Shown here in pieces: positions 38,442 through 48,800 of a stretch of DNA of 64,000 nucleotides. The notes below the pieces were generated by a model. That model was not told the DNA's origin and did not search any database. It saw only the letters and a list, made by a program, of their open reading frames with translations. Location: assembly GCA_043772905.1 (NCBI GenBank), contig JAYVFS010000301.1, positions 2,522-66,521 of the forward strand, written 5' to 3'. The stretch is from Saprospiraceae bacterium (GTDB taxonomy: Bacteria; Bacteroidota; Bacteroidia; Chitinophagales; Saprospiraceae). Every line of letters starts with the position of its first letter. Positions within the stretch are counted from its first letter, which is position 1. Position numbers and translations under genes: made by a program.

Positions 38442-38861
38442 ACTTTAAGTATATTATTTATCTATTAGTTTGATTATCAATGCTTTACATTGAAAATAAA
38501 AGACGGATTTCTGAATAGGCTGCAAAAGTACATTTTTTTGAACCTTTTTGTTGTTTTCTGTAATTTAAAAATGATTTTATTGAAAAAAAGTTCGTAAACA
38601 GGGTTTATTTTTCCTTTTCCTGAAATCGAATTGTTGTATTTTACCCCCCTCAGTATGGAGTCGATTTTAGAGACTCTGTTTTCCTGGATGGTTACTTTTA
38701 TTCACTTTTATAATTTTTTTCAAAATCTGTCCAATTCGTTGTTTTATGACTGTGTTAAAATTATTTTATGCCATTTTGAATGAAAAACAAATGAGTTGTC
38801 TAATTTTAAGCCGCTTAATTGTTAATGACAAACCACATTATAAAAACAAAAATAAAAACGA

Positions 38862-40511
38862 ATGGCTAACAACTCTCTTTTTAGACGTAAACCCCTCAGT
38901 AAAATTTTACAAGAAGGTGGCGATCATGGCGAAGGCAAACTTGACCGCAACCTCAAATTGCGCGATTTGGTCTCTATGGGCATTGCGGCCGTCGTAGGTG
39001 CGGGCATTTTCTCAACGATTGGTTCGGCAGCTTACAACGGCGGTCCCGGTGTTGTCTATTTATTTGTTATTGCAGCGGTCACTTGTGGCTTTACGGCTTT
39101 GTGTTATGCTGAATTTGCTTCACGTGTGCCAGTTGCGGGCAGTGCCTACACCTATTCTTATGTGACTTTTGGTGAATTAGTGGCTTGGATTATTGGTTGG
39201 GCATTGATTTTAGAATACGCTATTGGCAATATTGTCGTAGCGATTTCATGGTCGAGTTATTTCAATAATTTACTGAGGGGGGTAGGCATTCACCTTCCCC
39301 TATGGATGATAACGGATGGCGGAACGGCTCATGTCCTCTACGAAACGGCTTTAGCTGAAGGCAAACCGCTTGAAAACATGGCGTGGACAACTGCACCTGT
39401 AATTGGTGATTGGCATGTCATTTTTAATCTACCTGCCTTTGTCATCGTTGTCCTTGTGACAGCTTTGGTATATATAGGTATAAAAGAAAGCAAAAGATGG
39501 GCTAATGCGATGGTTGTTTTCAAGTTAGCCATACTCTTTGTCGTTATTTTGGCGGGCTGTTTTTATGTCCAACCGGAGAACTGGAACCCTTTTTTACCCA
39601 ATGGTTTTAAAGGCGTGATGATGGGTGTTTCTGCGGTTTTTTATGCCTATATTGGTTTTGATGCCATTTCAACAACGGCAGAAGAATGTGAAAACCCACA
39701 ACGTGATTTGCCGCGTGGGATGATTTACGCCTTAATTATATGTACAGTCATATATGTCCTCACAGCATTGGTTATTACAGGCATGGTCAACTACAAAGAG
39801 TTTTTAGGCGTTGCAGACCCATTGGCTTATGTTTTTGAAAGAACAGGTTTGACAAAACTCAATTATGCTATTTCTGTAAGTGCAGTCGTTGCTACAACAA
39901 GTGTTTTACTTGTTTTCCAAATCGGTCAACCGCGTATTTGGATGTCCATGAGTCGTGATGGTCTTTTGCCAAAAGCCTTTTCAAAGGTGCATCCTAAATA
40001 CCAAACGCCTTCATTTGCGACGATAGTCACAGGTGTTTTGGTCGCTATTCCTTCGTTATTTTTAGATGCGGCTTTGGTAACGGATTTGACAAGTATCGGG
40101 ACTTTGTTTGCCTTCGTACTGGTTTGCGGTGGCGTTTTGATGTTGCCAACAGAGGATAAACAGGTCGGAAAGTTCAAATTGCCCTATATAAATGGTCGAT
40201 TTATTATCCCAGTCGTGTTTTTGTCCTTCCTCTATATTTTTCAAGAAAGGGTCATTAATGCTTTTGCAAATATCGCTGATCAACCACACCAAGAGTATTT
40301 ATTGCTCATTTTCCTTGTCATAGGGACAGGTATGACGATTTTTACTTCATTGAAAAAGTGGTCTATGATACCTGTTATGGGTGTGCTTTTTTGTACTTAT
40401 TTGATGATTGAAATTCCTGTCAAATCATGGTATGTCTTCTTTGGATGGATGGCTATGGGGCTGACAATCTATTTTTTATATAGTATGAAAAATAGTAAAT
40501 TGATTGAGTAG
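38862..40511 (+). CDS. APC-superfamily amino acid permease (cationic amino acid transporter-like)
   Basis: 549 aa with about 13-14 TM helices. N-terminal LKRxLxxxDLxxxGIGAVVGAGIF-type motif (NLKLRDLVSMGIAAVVGAGIFS). Confidence 0.9.
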   Translation: MANNSLFRRKPLSKILQEGGDHGEGKLDRNLKLRDLVSMGIAAVVGAGIFSTIGSAAYNGGPGVVYLFVIAAVTCGFTALCYAEFASRVPVAGSAYTYSYVTFGELVAWIIGWALILEYAIGNIVVAISWSSYFNNLLRGVGIHLPLWMITDGGTAHVLYETALAEGKPLENMAWTTAPVIGDWHVIFNLPAFVIVVLVTALVYIGIKESKRWANAMVVFKLAILFVVILAGCFYVQPENWNPFLPNGFKGVMMGVSAVFYAYIGFDAISTTAEECENPQRDLPRGMIYALIICTVIYVLTALVITGMVNYKEFLGVADPLAYVFERTGLTKLNYAISVSAVVATTSVLLVFQIGQPRIWMSMSRDGLLPKAFSKVHPKYQTPSFATIVTGVLVAIPSLFLDAALVTDLTSIGTLFAFVLVCGGVLMLPTEDKQVGKFKLPYINGRFIIPVVFLSFLYIFQERVINAFANIADQPHQEYLLLIFLVIGTGMTIFTSLKKWSMIPVMGVLFCTYLMIEIPVKSWYVFFGWMAMGLTIYFLYSMKNSKLIE

Positions 40512-40680
40512 GTTATCTCAAAAGTCAATGTACAAATTTCGCAAACAAAATTTTATTTCGGAACTCGTTCAATCTTAGGAAGATTTTAAATCTTCCTAAG
40601 ATTGGACGCTCGAAAACCTAATAATATTCTGTAAGAAAAAACGAGTTTCACCTTTTTGGACAGCCTCTTCAACCACTAAT

Positions 40681-41391
40681 TTACACCTTATTGGCTACGA
40701 ATAAATCAATCAACACTTGATTAAGCCGTTCAATAGCTTCATCAATCAACCAATTTTCCCGATTACGGGCTTCAACAAAATTAGAAATCGCTCTGATTTC
40801 AGAAAAAGCGACCCCCTCAGTAAGACAGGCTTGAAAGAATGCTGCACCTTCCATTGTCTCTATTTGTATGTCTTTATATTTTTGTAAAATGCCTTTGATA
40901 CTCAAAGGAAAACCATGTACTTTTTGAACGGTTAAACCATGAGCTAAAGGTAGATTGAAAGGGTATAATGGTTTGGTATTCAATAACTTATCTTCGGTGA
41001 AAGGTGATTCGTTTTTTGGCATTAAACCCAATTCAAACATATCTGTAAAGGAGCCATCTGCTAACTCAACGCCTAAATCGCCATAACGTTCACTCACAAT
41101 TTCTACGACAGTGCCTTTTTCAAAAGCATATTGAGGCTGTGTCCGTGCGGTTTGTATTTTTTTAGGAAAAAGACCTGCAATACCCACATTGAGGGCAAAA
41201 TCGAAATCGTTTAAGGCTAAAGATTTACTCACTTTTAATGCCGTATTCACCATGCCGACGCCTGTTATCAAGACATCAAAAGCGTAATTTGAAAAAAGCA
41301 GACTTTTTCGGACCGTCATTTCTTTTTGCAAAAAATCAATAAAAGGTTGTATTTCAGAAACCGTAGCGGCTACGATAAGAATCTTTTTCAT
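40681..41391 (-). CDS. mqnB: Futalosine hydrolase (PNP/UDP-type nucleosidase)
   Basis: Start set at MKKILIVAATVSEIQPF, which gives an ATGA overlap with the upstream glycosyltransferase stop. MTA/SAH-nucleosidase-like fold motifs (GVGMVN, ETMEGAAFF). Confidence 0.6.
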   Translation of the reverse strand: MKKILIVAATVSEIQPFIDFLQKEMTVRKSLLFSNYAFDVLITGVGMVNTALKVSKSLALNDFDFALNVGIAGLFPKKIQTARTQPQYAFEKGTVVEIVSERYGDLGVELADGSFTDMFELGLMPKNESPFTEDKLLNTKPLYPFNLPLAHGLTVQKVHGFPLSIKGILQKYKDIQIETMEGAAFFQACLTEGVAFSEIRAISNFVEARNRENWLIDEAIERLNQVLIDLFVANKV

Positions 41392-42542
41392 GAGTGATTG
41401 TTCAAAACAGTAATGATTTTCGCTGCATTTTCTTTGTTTGAAAATTGATTTTCCAAAATCACACGTCTTTCGGCAATTTGACGCGGTGAAAATTGTACAT
41501 TCATCAAGCTTTCCACTGTTACCCGAATATCTTTCGATGTGTTTTTGATATAACAAAGCGACTCTAAACCTGTGTTGTTAATCATATGCCGATTGACAAC
41601 ACAATGCCTCCCACGATACAAGGCATTGAGCAATTTGAGTTTCATACCCGCCCTTTGGAACGACAATAAGACATTGATTTGAGCATTTTGTATCAAATCC
41701 GTCATGGTTTTCTCATCAGGATTTGGTATAATTGTAATGTGTTCAAAAGGTCGGGCTTTCTCAATCAAGCGATCCGATGGATTTTTACCTGCTATACTGA
41801 GGGGTATCTCTTGTTTTGAAAAAATACGGTCTATCAAGTAAATCGCAGTTTCTTCATTGTCAGATATACTCAATTTACCATGAAAAAGGACATATTCGCC
41901 TGTACCGGTACGTGACTCTACGGCAGTGTTAGGATGAAAAGGAGGGACGAAAACAGCATGTGTATTCTGCAAACCTAAATTTTCAATCAATTCACCAAAA
42001 TAGTCCGTATCGTCGGGCGAAATGGTTAAAAGTGAATCTGTATGAGGCAAAATTCTTCTCTCAAACCGCCTCAATTTCCAACTTTCTAATTTGAAATACA
42101 GTTTTTTGAACAGTTTTGACTCTGTTTTTATCAAGTTTAGATAATATTGCCACTCGGTATTATGCATACGGACAATTTTTTGCCGATCTTTTAGTGCGCG
42201 TTTTTGAATGAACGCACAGGTATGTAAGCCTTCGAAGATGATAGGTGCATCGTCTAATTTCAAGTTTTTCAGCAATTTGAAATCTGTTCTAGACTGAACA
42301 ATAAACGGTTTTAAACTCAACATGCGGAGTGGCGAAAATGAGCGTTTATAGTAATACACTTGCGTACAATATTTTTCCAATTCTGCCTGTGGCGTTCTTT
42401 CGCGATATTGAAAACAATGAAGCGTAATAAGGTAGCCCGCTTCTGATAGCGCTTTGACTTTATAAAAAATGTCCATGACACCACCATAGTCGGCAGGGTA
42501 GGGAATGTCAAAGCTGACAATATGTAATCGGTTATTTTCCAA
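41388..42542 (-). CDS. Family-1 (GT-B) glycosyltransferase
   Basis: 384 aa. Typical GT1 C-terminal region with E..G.K.LNAL-type motif. Specificity unknown. Confidence 0.7.
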   Translation of the reverse strand: MENNRLHIVSFDIPYPADYGGVMDIFYKVKALSEAGYLITLHCFQYRERTPQAELEKYCTQVYYYKRSFSPLRMLSLKPFIVQSRTDFKLLKNLKLDDAPIIFEGLHTCAFIQKRALKDRQKIVRMHNTEWQYYLNLIKTESKLFKKLYFKLESWKLRRFERRILPHTDSLLTISPDDTDYFGELIENLGLQNTHAVFVPPFHPNTAVESRTGTGEYVLFHGKLSISDNEETAIYLIDRIFSKQEIPLSIAGKNPSDRLIEKARPFEHITIIPNPDEKTMTDLIQNAQINVLLSFQRAGMKLKLLNALYRGRHCVVNRHMINNTGLESLCYIKNTSKDIRVTVESLMNVQFSPRQIAERRVILENQFSNKENAAKIITVLNNHS

Positions 42543-42685
42543 TGGATTTATTTTTTTAAATTAAAGCACAAAGATTAGCAAAGTTTTAGAAAGCAACACA
42601 ACACTATTTTTTGATTTTTCAGGAAAGGTGTATCTTTCTTCATAAAATTGTGAAATTTTTCATCTATAAAACAATATTGATTAAT

Positions 42686-43489
42686 ATGACACTCAAAATT
42701 TATCAAGCGGATGCCTTTACAAGCCACGTTTTTGGCGGCAACCCAGCAGCCGTAGTGCCTTTAGACAATTGGTTGCCCGATGCAAAGATGCAAAATATTG
42801 CGGCTGAAAATAACTTAGCTGAGACTGCTTTTATTGTTCCAACAGGTGGTGAAAGCGATTATTATATTCGTTGGTTCACACCATCTATAGAAGTTAGGTT
42901 ATGTGGTCATGCCACTTTAGCCACAGCACATATCCTCTTTGAACACTTGGGGTTTGATAAATCACTCATCCGTTTTGATTCATTAAGTGGTATTTTATCC
43001 GTCAAAAAACAAGCAGCCAAAACCTACACACTTGATTTTCCGACGGATATACTGAGGGGATATGATTTGATGTCAAATGAAGCGGAAATCATTCGCAATA
43101 TATTGAAAATCAATCCTATTGCTGTTTTTAAGGGTCGTGATGACTTCATGGCTGTCTTACCAACTGAAAAGGATGTGGCAAGTTTGAAGCCAAATTTTTT
43201 AGGTTTGAAAGACCTTGAAGCAAGAGGGTTGATTGCGACAGCCAAAGGCGATAAAGTTGACTTTGTTTCCCGTTGTTTTTATCCAGAAGCAGGCATTGAA
43301 GAAGACCCCGTGACGGGTTCGGCACATACGACATTGACGCCATATTGGGTAGAACAATTGGATAAAACAGACCTTTCTGCCCGTCAAATTTCAAAAAGAG
43401 GTGGCGAATTGGCTTGTTTACTGAGGGGGGCGAGAGTGGATATTACTGGCAGTGCAATGACGTATTTAATCGGTGATATTTTTGTTTGA
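42686..43489 (+). CDS. PhzF-family isomerase
   Basis: Start set at MTLKIYQADAFT. FGGNPAAVV, AETAF, RWFTP..EV.LCGHATLA and DPVTGSAH are PhzF hallmarks. Confidence 0.85.
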   Translation: MTLKIYQADAFTSHVFGGNPAAVVPLDNWLPDAKMQNIAAENNLAETAFIVPTGGESDYYIRWFTPSIEVRLCGHATLATAHILFEHLGFDKSLIRFDSLSGILSVKKQAAKTYTLDFPTDILRGYDLMSNEAEIIRNILKINPIAVFKGRDDFMAVLPTEKDVASLKPNFLGLKDLEARGLIATAKGDKVDFVSRCFYPEAGIEEDPVTGSAHTTLTPYWVEQLDKTDLSARQISKRGGELACLLRGARVDITGSAMTYLIGDIFV

Positions 43490-43515
43490 AATACTAAATG
43501 ATAAATGCCGATTGA

Positions 43516-44520
43516 CTACTTAGTTGATTGATTTATAACAAGTTGTGTTGATAGTATCAAAGTAATATGAGGCGTATTGTCGTCTTTTGATGTTAGTTTT
43601 TGGATAATATGATGCGCTGCCATTTTGCCCAAATTTAACCCATCATGGTGCAAAAAACTGACTTCTGGGTCGAGTATTTTGGGCAAAAAACCATCACTTA
43701 TACTGATTACTGAACATTCATCGGGGATAGCAACTTTCATCTTTTTCAATGCAGGAATGACACCCGCTAAGATTTCATCACTCATGGCAAATATACCGTC
43801 AGGTTTAAAACTTGGATAAGCCTTGTCAACACATGACCAAGCATCAAAAGTATTGCTGACAAAATGACATTCGGCAGTGATTTCGAGGTCTTTTTTAGAT
43901 TGAATCAATTCATTAAATCCTTCTAATCGTTTACTTGTAATCATCAAAGTTCTATTACCAAATAAGCCCAAAATACGCCGACAACCTGTTTTTATCAGAT
44001 AATCGACACATACTTGAGTTGCTTTTGCATCATTGATAATTATTTCGTCGAAATCATTGTTATCCAATACTTTATCTAATAAAACAACAGGGATTCCCGC
44101 CTCTTTCAACTCTTGTAGATGGTCGAGTTTTACGGTTTGATTGCTCAAAGTAATCAACAGACCATCAACGCCATTTTCGTAGCAAATACGGACATTATCA
44201 ATTTCTTGTTGAATATCATCATTCGATTGGAGTACCAAAAGTTTATAGTTAGATTTCTGAATAACTTCTGAAATACCTTTGATAACAGAAGGAAAAAAAA
44301 ACATATTCGCTTCGGGTATTATCAGACCAATAATATTACTTTTTTGCTTGCGTAACTGAACCGCCGTCATGTTAGGATGGTAGTTTAACTCGATAGCAAG
44401 TTGATGAATTTTTTCTCTAAGGGCGAGACTGATATCGGGGTGGTCTTTCAAAGCTCTTGAAACAGTTGAAATACTCACCTCTGCAATCGTGGCAATGTCC
44501 TTTATTGTCGTTCGTTTCAT
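43516..44520 (-). CDS. LacI-family transcriptional regulator
   Basis: Start set at MKRTTIKDIATIAEVSISTVSRAL (HTH_LacI), followed by a periplasmic-binding-protein-like sugar-binding fold. Confidence 0.9.
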   Translation of the reverse strand: MKRTTIKDIATIAEVSISTVSRALKDHPDISLALREKIHQLAIELNYHPNMTAVQLRKQKSNIIGLIIPEANMFFFPSVIKGISEVIQKSNYKLLVLQSNDDIQQEIDNVRICYENGVDGLLITLSNQTVKLDHLQELKEAGIPVVLLDKVLDNNDFDEIIINDAKATQVCVDYLIKTGCRRILGLFGNRTLMITSKRLEGFNELIQSKKDLEITAECHFVSNTFDAWSCVDKAYPSFKPDGIFAMSDEILAGVIPALKKMKVAIPDECSVISISDGFLPKILDPEVSFLHHDGLNLGKMAAHHIIQKLTSKDDNTPHITLILSTQLVINQSTK

Positions 44521-44566
44521 GCCGCTAAGGTAATTATTTATCCACAATTTTCAATAGTTATCAACC

Positions 44567-44590
44567 GCAAACGTTTACGCAAACGTTTGT
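44567..44590. promoter_or_regulatory. Candidate LacI-type operator, two adjacent 12-mers
   Basis: GCAAACGTTTAC immediately followed by GCAAACGTTTGT. Cores AAACGTTT / CAAACGTTTG are palindromic around a central CG, as in LacI/PurR-type boxes. Located 47-70 nt upstream of the regulator start. Confidence 0.35.
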
Positions 44591-44983
44591 TGATGGGTTT
44601 GCAAAAATGAGAATGTCAGGCAATTGAAATTAAATGTATAAGTTTGTGCTATCAATCAATTACAGAATAAATAATAAGAAAAAATGGACTTCTCCAATTT
44701 TCATTTTTATTGTAAATTGATGAACAAAATTAATAAGTGAAAGTAGTTTTTTTTGATTCATACGATGGGTGAAGTTTAGTTACCTATTTTTAATTCCTTC
44801 AAAACAGGTTACTTAGATTGTTCACATTACAAAAGCAACATTGAGTCATCGCGCTTAATGTGGAAAATAATCTGAGTAGCCTGTTCGTAGGATTTTCTTA
44901 AAGATGTATCGATAAAGTAATAGTAGATAAAACAGACAAATAAAGAATTTAAGCTAAACAACAAGAATGTATGACTTTTAAGG

Positions 44984-45628
44984 GTGCGGGCTTTGCTCAC
45001 ACCCTTTCTTTATTTCAAAACTTTGGACAACTTCTTCGCCTTGTTTTGTAAAAGAAAATCTATTTTTGCTCAAAATAACGAAACATTGGAAGGGAAATTT
45101 TTTGATAACATCACAAGTACGTTTGAACTGGAGCTGCCACGCGACCTCCAAACGATGGAGGAATATGTCAAGTTTATTGTTCCAAGAGTCAAAAGTTGGT
45201 CGGGTAAAATCGAAGAAACTAAACTTTGGCAAGAATGTCGTTGGATGGAAATTCAAGGCACAGAGGCGTGGGACAAGTCGTTTATCCATATTTTTATGCC
45301 CGATGGTGAGTATCTTGTTTTTGATAATGGGGTCATGACAAAACGCAGTTGGCGTTTGGTGGGCGAAGCTTTGGTACTTGACGAGGGCAGAAGTACCATT
45401 CTTTATGATATTGATTTTATCAGCGATACGTTTCTTATTCTAAGACAACATGGTACAAACCGTTATTTTGTTTTAGGTGATGAAAAATTTGTTACAAAGA
45501 TTAACTTTGATTGGTACAATGCCATGGAAGAACTTTACAATGTCTATCGTCATAATTCACGATTTTCATTGTGGTTGTTTGTACTTATCTTTTTCGTCGT
45601 GATGTTTTTGGCGTATTTTTATATGTGA
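44984..45628 (+). CDS. Hypothetical protein with C-terminal TM anchor (start uncertain; ATG at 45155 possible)
   Basis: The ORF-track GTG start lies inside a hairpin (AAGGGTG..CACCCTT, 44979-45005). C-terminus LWLFVLIFFVVMFLAYFYM is a TM helix. No family recognised. Confidence 0.4.
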   Translation: MRALLTPFLYFKTLDNFFALFCKRKSIFAQNNETLEGKFFDNITSTFELELPRDLQTMEEYVKFIVPRVKSWSGKIEETKLWQECRWMEIQGTEAWDKSFIHIFMPDGEYLVFDNGVMTKRSWRLVGEALVLDEGRSTILYDIDFISDTFLILRQHGTNRYFVLGDEKFVTKINFDWYNAMEELYNVYRHNSRFSLWLFVLIFFVVMFLAYFYM

Positions 45629-45678
45629 TTTTGTTGAGAAAGGTGGTTTTTACTGAGGGGGTAATTTTGCAAAGAAAA

Positions 45679-45718
45679 AAAACGGCTATTGCGTCAATTT
45701 GTGCGCAATAGCCGTTTT
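45679..45718 (+). terminator. Intrinsic terminator with AAAACGGCTAT stem
   Basis: AAAACGGCTATTGCG / CGCAATAGCCGTTTT then T. Confidence 0.75.
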
Positions 45719-45862
45719 TCTAATGGGTTTTTAAAAAAAAATAACAAAAATTTGGCTAATTCACGACATTCTAACTAACTTCCACTTTCAAATGCTCACC
45801 ACACGAGGACACGCTATCTATATCAAAACATTTCTTCACAGTCCATTGATAATCAAATCTTT

Positions 45863-48800
45863 ATGATGAAAACACGTCTCATTCTCCTACGCTTCTGCCT
45901 TTTGGGTACGATAGCTTTGTCGTTTGCTGCCTGTAAGCAAAACTTAACTGCTAAGAAAATGACGAAAAGCATGGCGGCTTATATCTATGCTTATACGTCT
46001 GGAACAATAGGACGAGAACAGCCTGTTAGAGTCCGTTTTACGTCTCAAATCGTCAGCCCTGACGATGTCGGTAAGTCTGTTGACGGTGGTTTGTTTCAAC
46101 TGAACCCTTCAGTACAAGGCAATGCCGTTTGGGAAGACCCACAAACAATACGCTTTACACCCACAGCGGCTTTTGCTTCTGGTCAAACCTATATCGCTTC
46201 GGTGCGGTTGAAACGCATTTTTAAAAATGTACCTACCGATGCCGAGGAATTTCAATTCGATTTCCACACACGTGAACTCTATTTTGAAGTCGTCACCGAT
46301 GGCATTCAACCTGAATCCAATAACGATATGTCGCGTCAAGAACTCATAGGCGAATTGAACACTTCTGACCATGCCGACGATAAAAATGTTGAATCTGTTT
46401 TGCAAGCACAGCAAAACGGTAAGGCATTGAAAATCAATTGGATACACTCGCCTGATGGTCAACATCATGCGTTCAGAGTGAAAGAAGTAATGCGGGGTGC
46501 AACGGCTTCAAAAGTCGCTTTGACGTGGTCGGGCAGCTCTTTGGGCGTGTCTCAAAAAGGTGAATCGGAAGTGGTTATACCTGCATTAGGTGAATTTGTG
46601 GCGATGAATACACGCCTTGTTCAAGACGCAGAACAATACATAAAAATCAATTTCAGCGACCCCCTCAGTACAACAGGCGATGTGAATGGTTTGATAAAAA
46701 TAAACGATTGGTTTGGCAATTTGCGGACAGCGATTGATGGCAACAGTATTTTGGTTTACCCAAGTGACCGTATTACAGGTGAACATGCCTTGTATGTTGA
46801 CGGTGGTATTGCCAATTTTCAAGGCAAAAAAATGGGTCAATCGGCTTCGTTTATGCTCACTTTTTCTGATGTAAAACCGCAAGTTAGGCTTGTCGGACGT
46901 GGCGTGATTATGCCAAGTTCAGACGGTTTGAATTTCCCTTTTGAAGCTATAAATCTGAATTTTGTGGACGTTGAAATTGTCAAAATATTTAATAACAATA
47001 TTTTACAATTTTTGCAAACCAATGATTTTGAAGGAGATAACGAGTTGGAACGTGTGGGAAGGATTATTATGCAAAAACGTGTTACCTTGAAAGACCTTAA
47101 TCCGTCAGCTTCTACAATGAAATGGACGCGTTATGGTATTGATTTGGCTGAATTGGTTAAAAAAGACCCGAATGCGATTTATCAAGTTCGCATTGGTTTT
47201 AGGCACAACTACACCAATTATACATGTACTGGTAGCGACATTAAAGACGATTTGAACGGCATGACGATGATGCACGAGCCGACAGATTTTACAGATACAG
47301 AAGAAAATGGCTATTGGGAAGACAAATCTATTTGGCGTTACGATTGGAACGGCGGTGATGCGACGGGCGAATACAACTATCAAGAGCGTCAAAATCCTTG
47401 TACACCTTATTATTACAACAACGATCATTTTGTTCGCCGCAATGTTTTTGCTTCGGATTTAGGCATTATTGCTAAAAAAGGGGCTGATAATTCGATTTTT
47501 GTGGCGGTTTCAGACTTGAAAAGCACGTATCCACGTGGTTCAGTCAAACTTGAAGTCTTTGATTATCAGCAACAGCCTTTGGCTTCGGCTATGACCAATT
47601 CAGACGGTGTAGCGGTTTTGTCAGACATAAAAGGCAAACCGTGGGTCGTTGTCGCAACGGTAGGCGACCAAAAGGGTTATCTACCCCTCAGTAATCAGAA
47701 CGCATTGAACCTCAGTCGTTTCGATGTGGCGGGTGCTGAAATGCAAAAAGGTTTGAAAGGCTTTTTGTACGGAGAACGCGGCGTTTGGCGACCGGGTGAT
47801 TCCTTGCATCTCAACTTTATGTTAGAAGATAAAGACAATAAACTGCCCGATGACTATCCTATAACATTGGAATTGTACGACCCAAAAGGTGTGATGCAAT
47901 TGCGTCAAACGACGGTTGAGAATGTTAAAAATATCTATCCTTTCCGCATCGCTACAAGACCAGATGCGCCAACTGGTACATGGCGGGCAGACATCAAAGC
48001 GGGTGGTGCAACATTTACCCAACCCATTAAGATTGAAACAGTTAAGCCCAATCGTTTGAAAATAAAACTGGATTTTGACAAAAAAGAAATCGCTGCCGGC
48101 GAGGAAAATGTGTCTGGAACTCTGCAAGTCAATTGGCTAATGGGTACGCCTGCACGGAACGTCAAAACACGGATTGAAGCGTCCATGACAAGCATCAAAA
48201 CAGAATTTCCAAAATATAAAGATTTTATTTTTGACGACCCATTAAGGAAGTTTAAAAGCGAACCAACCGTCATTTATGACAATAATGTGGACGACAATGG
48301 CGCGGCAAAAGTTTATGCCAATTTGCCAAAAGCACAAGGTGCGGCCGGTAAAATGCGTATTGGTTTCAAAATAAGAGCTTTTGAACCTTCGGGAGACTTT
48401 TCTTCTGATTATCAAACGTTGGATTATTCACCTTACAAAACTTATGTAGGTGTCGCTGTTCCCAAAAATAAAATGGGTGAAAAACGCTTTGATATTGGCA
48501 AAAAGAACATCATAACAGTCGCTATGGTGGACAAAAGTGGTTTTCCACTACGAAATCGTCTCGTTGATGTCTCTGTTTATCGCGTCGAATGGCGTTGGTG
48601 GTGGGAAACGGGTACGGATGATGCAGCGCAATTCACCTCTGGCAAAGATATGAAAGCCGTTGTTCAACAAAAAGTAACGACTGATGGCAACGGCATGGCA
48701 GAGGTTGCTGTCACGCCCGACCGTTGGGGACGCTATTTTGTTCATGCGGGCGACCCCCTCAGTAGTCACTACTCTGGCGACTATTTTTACAGCGGATATC

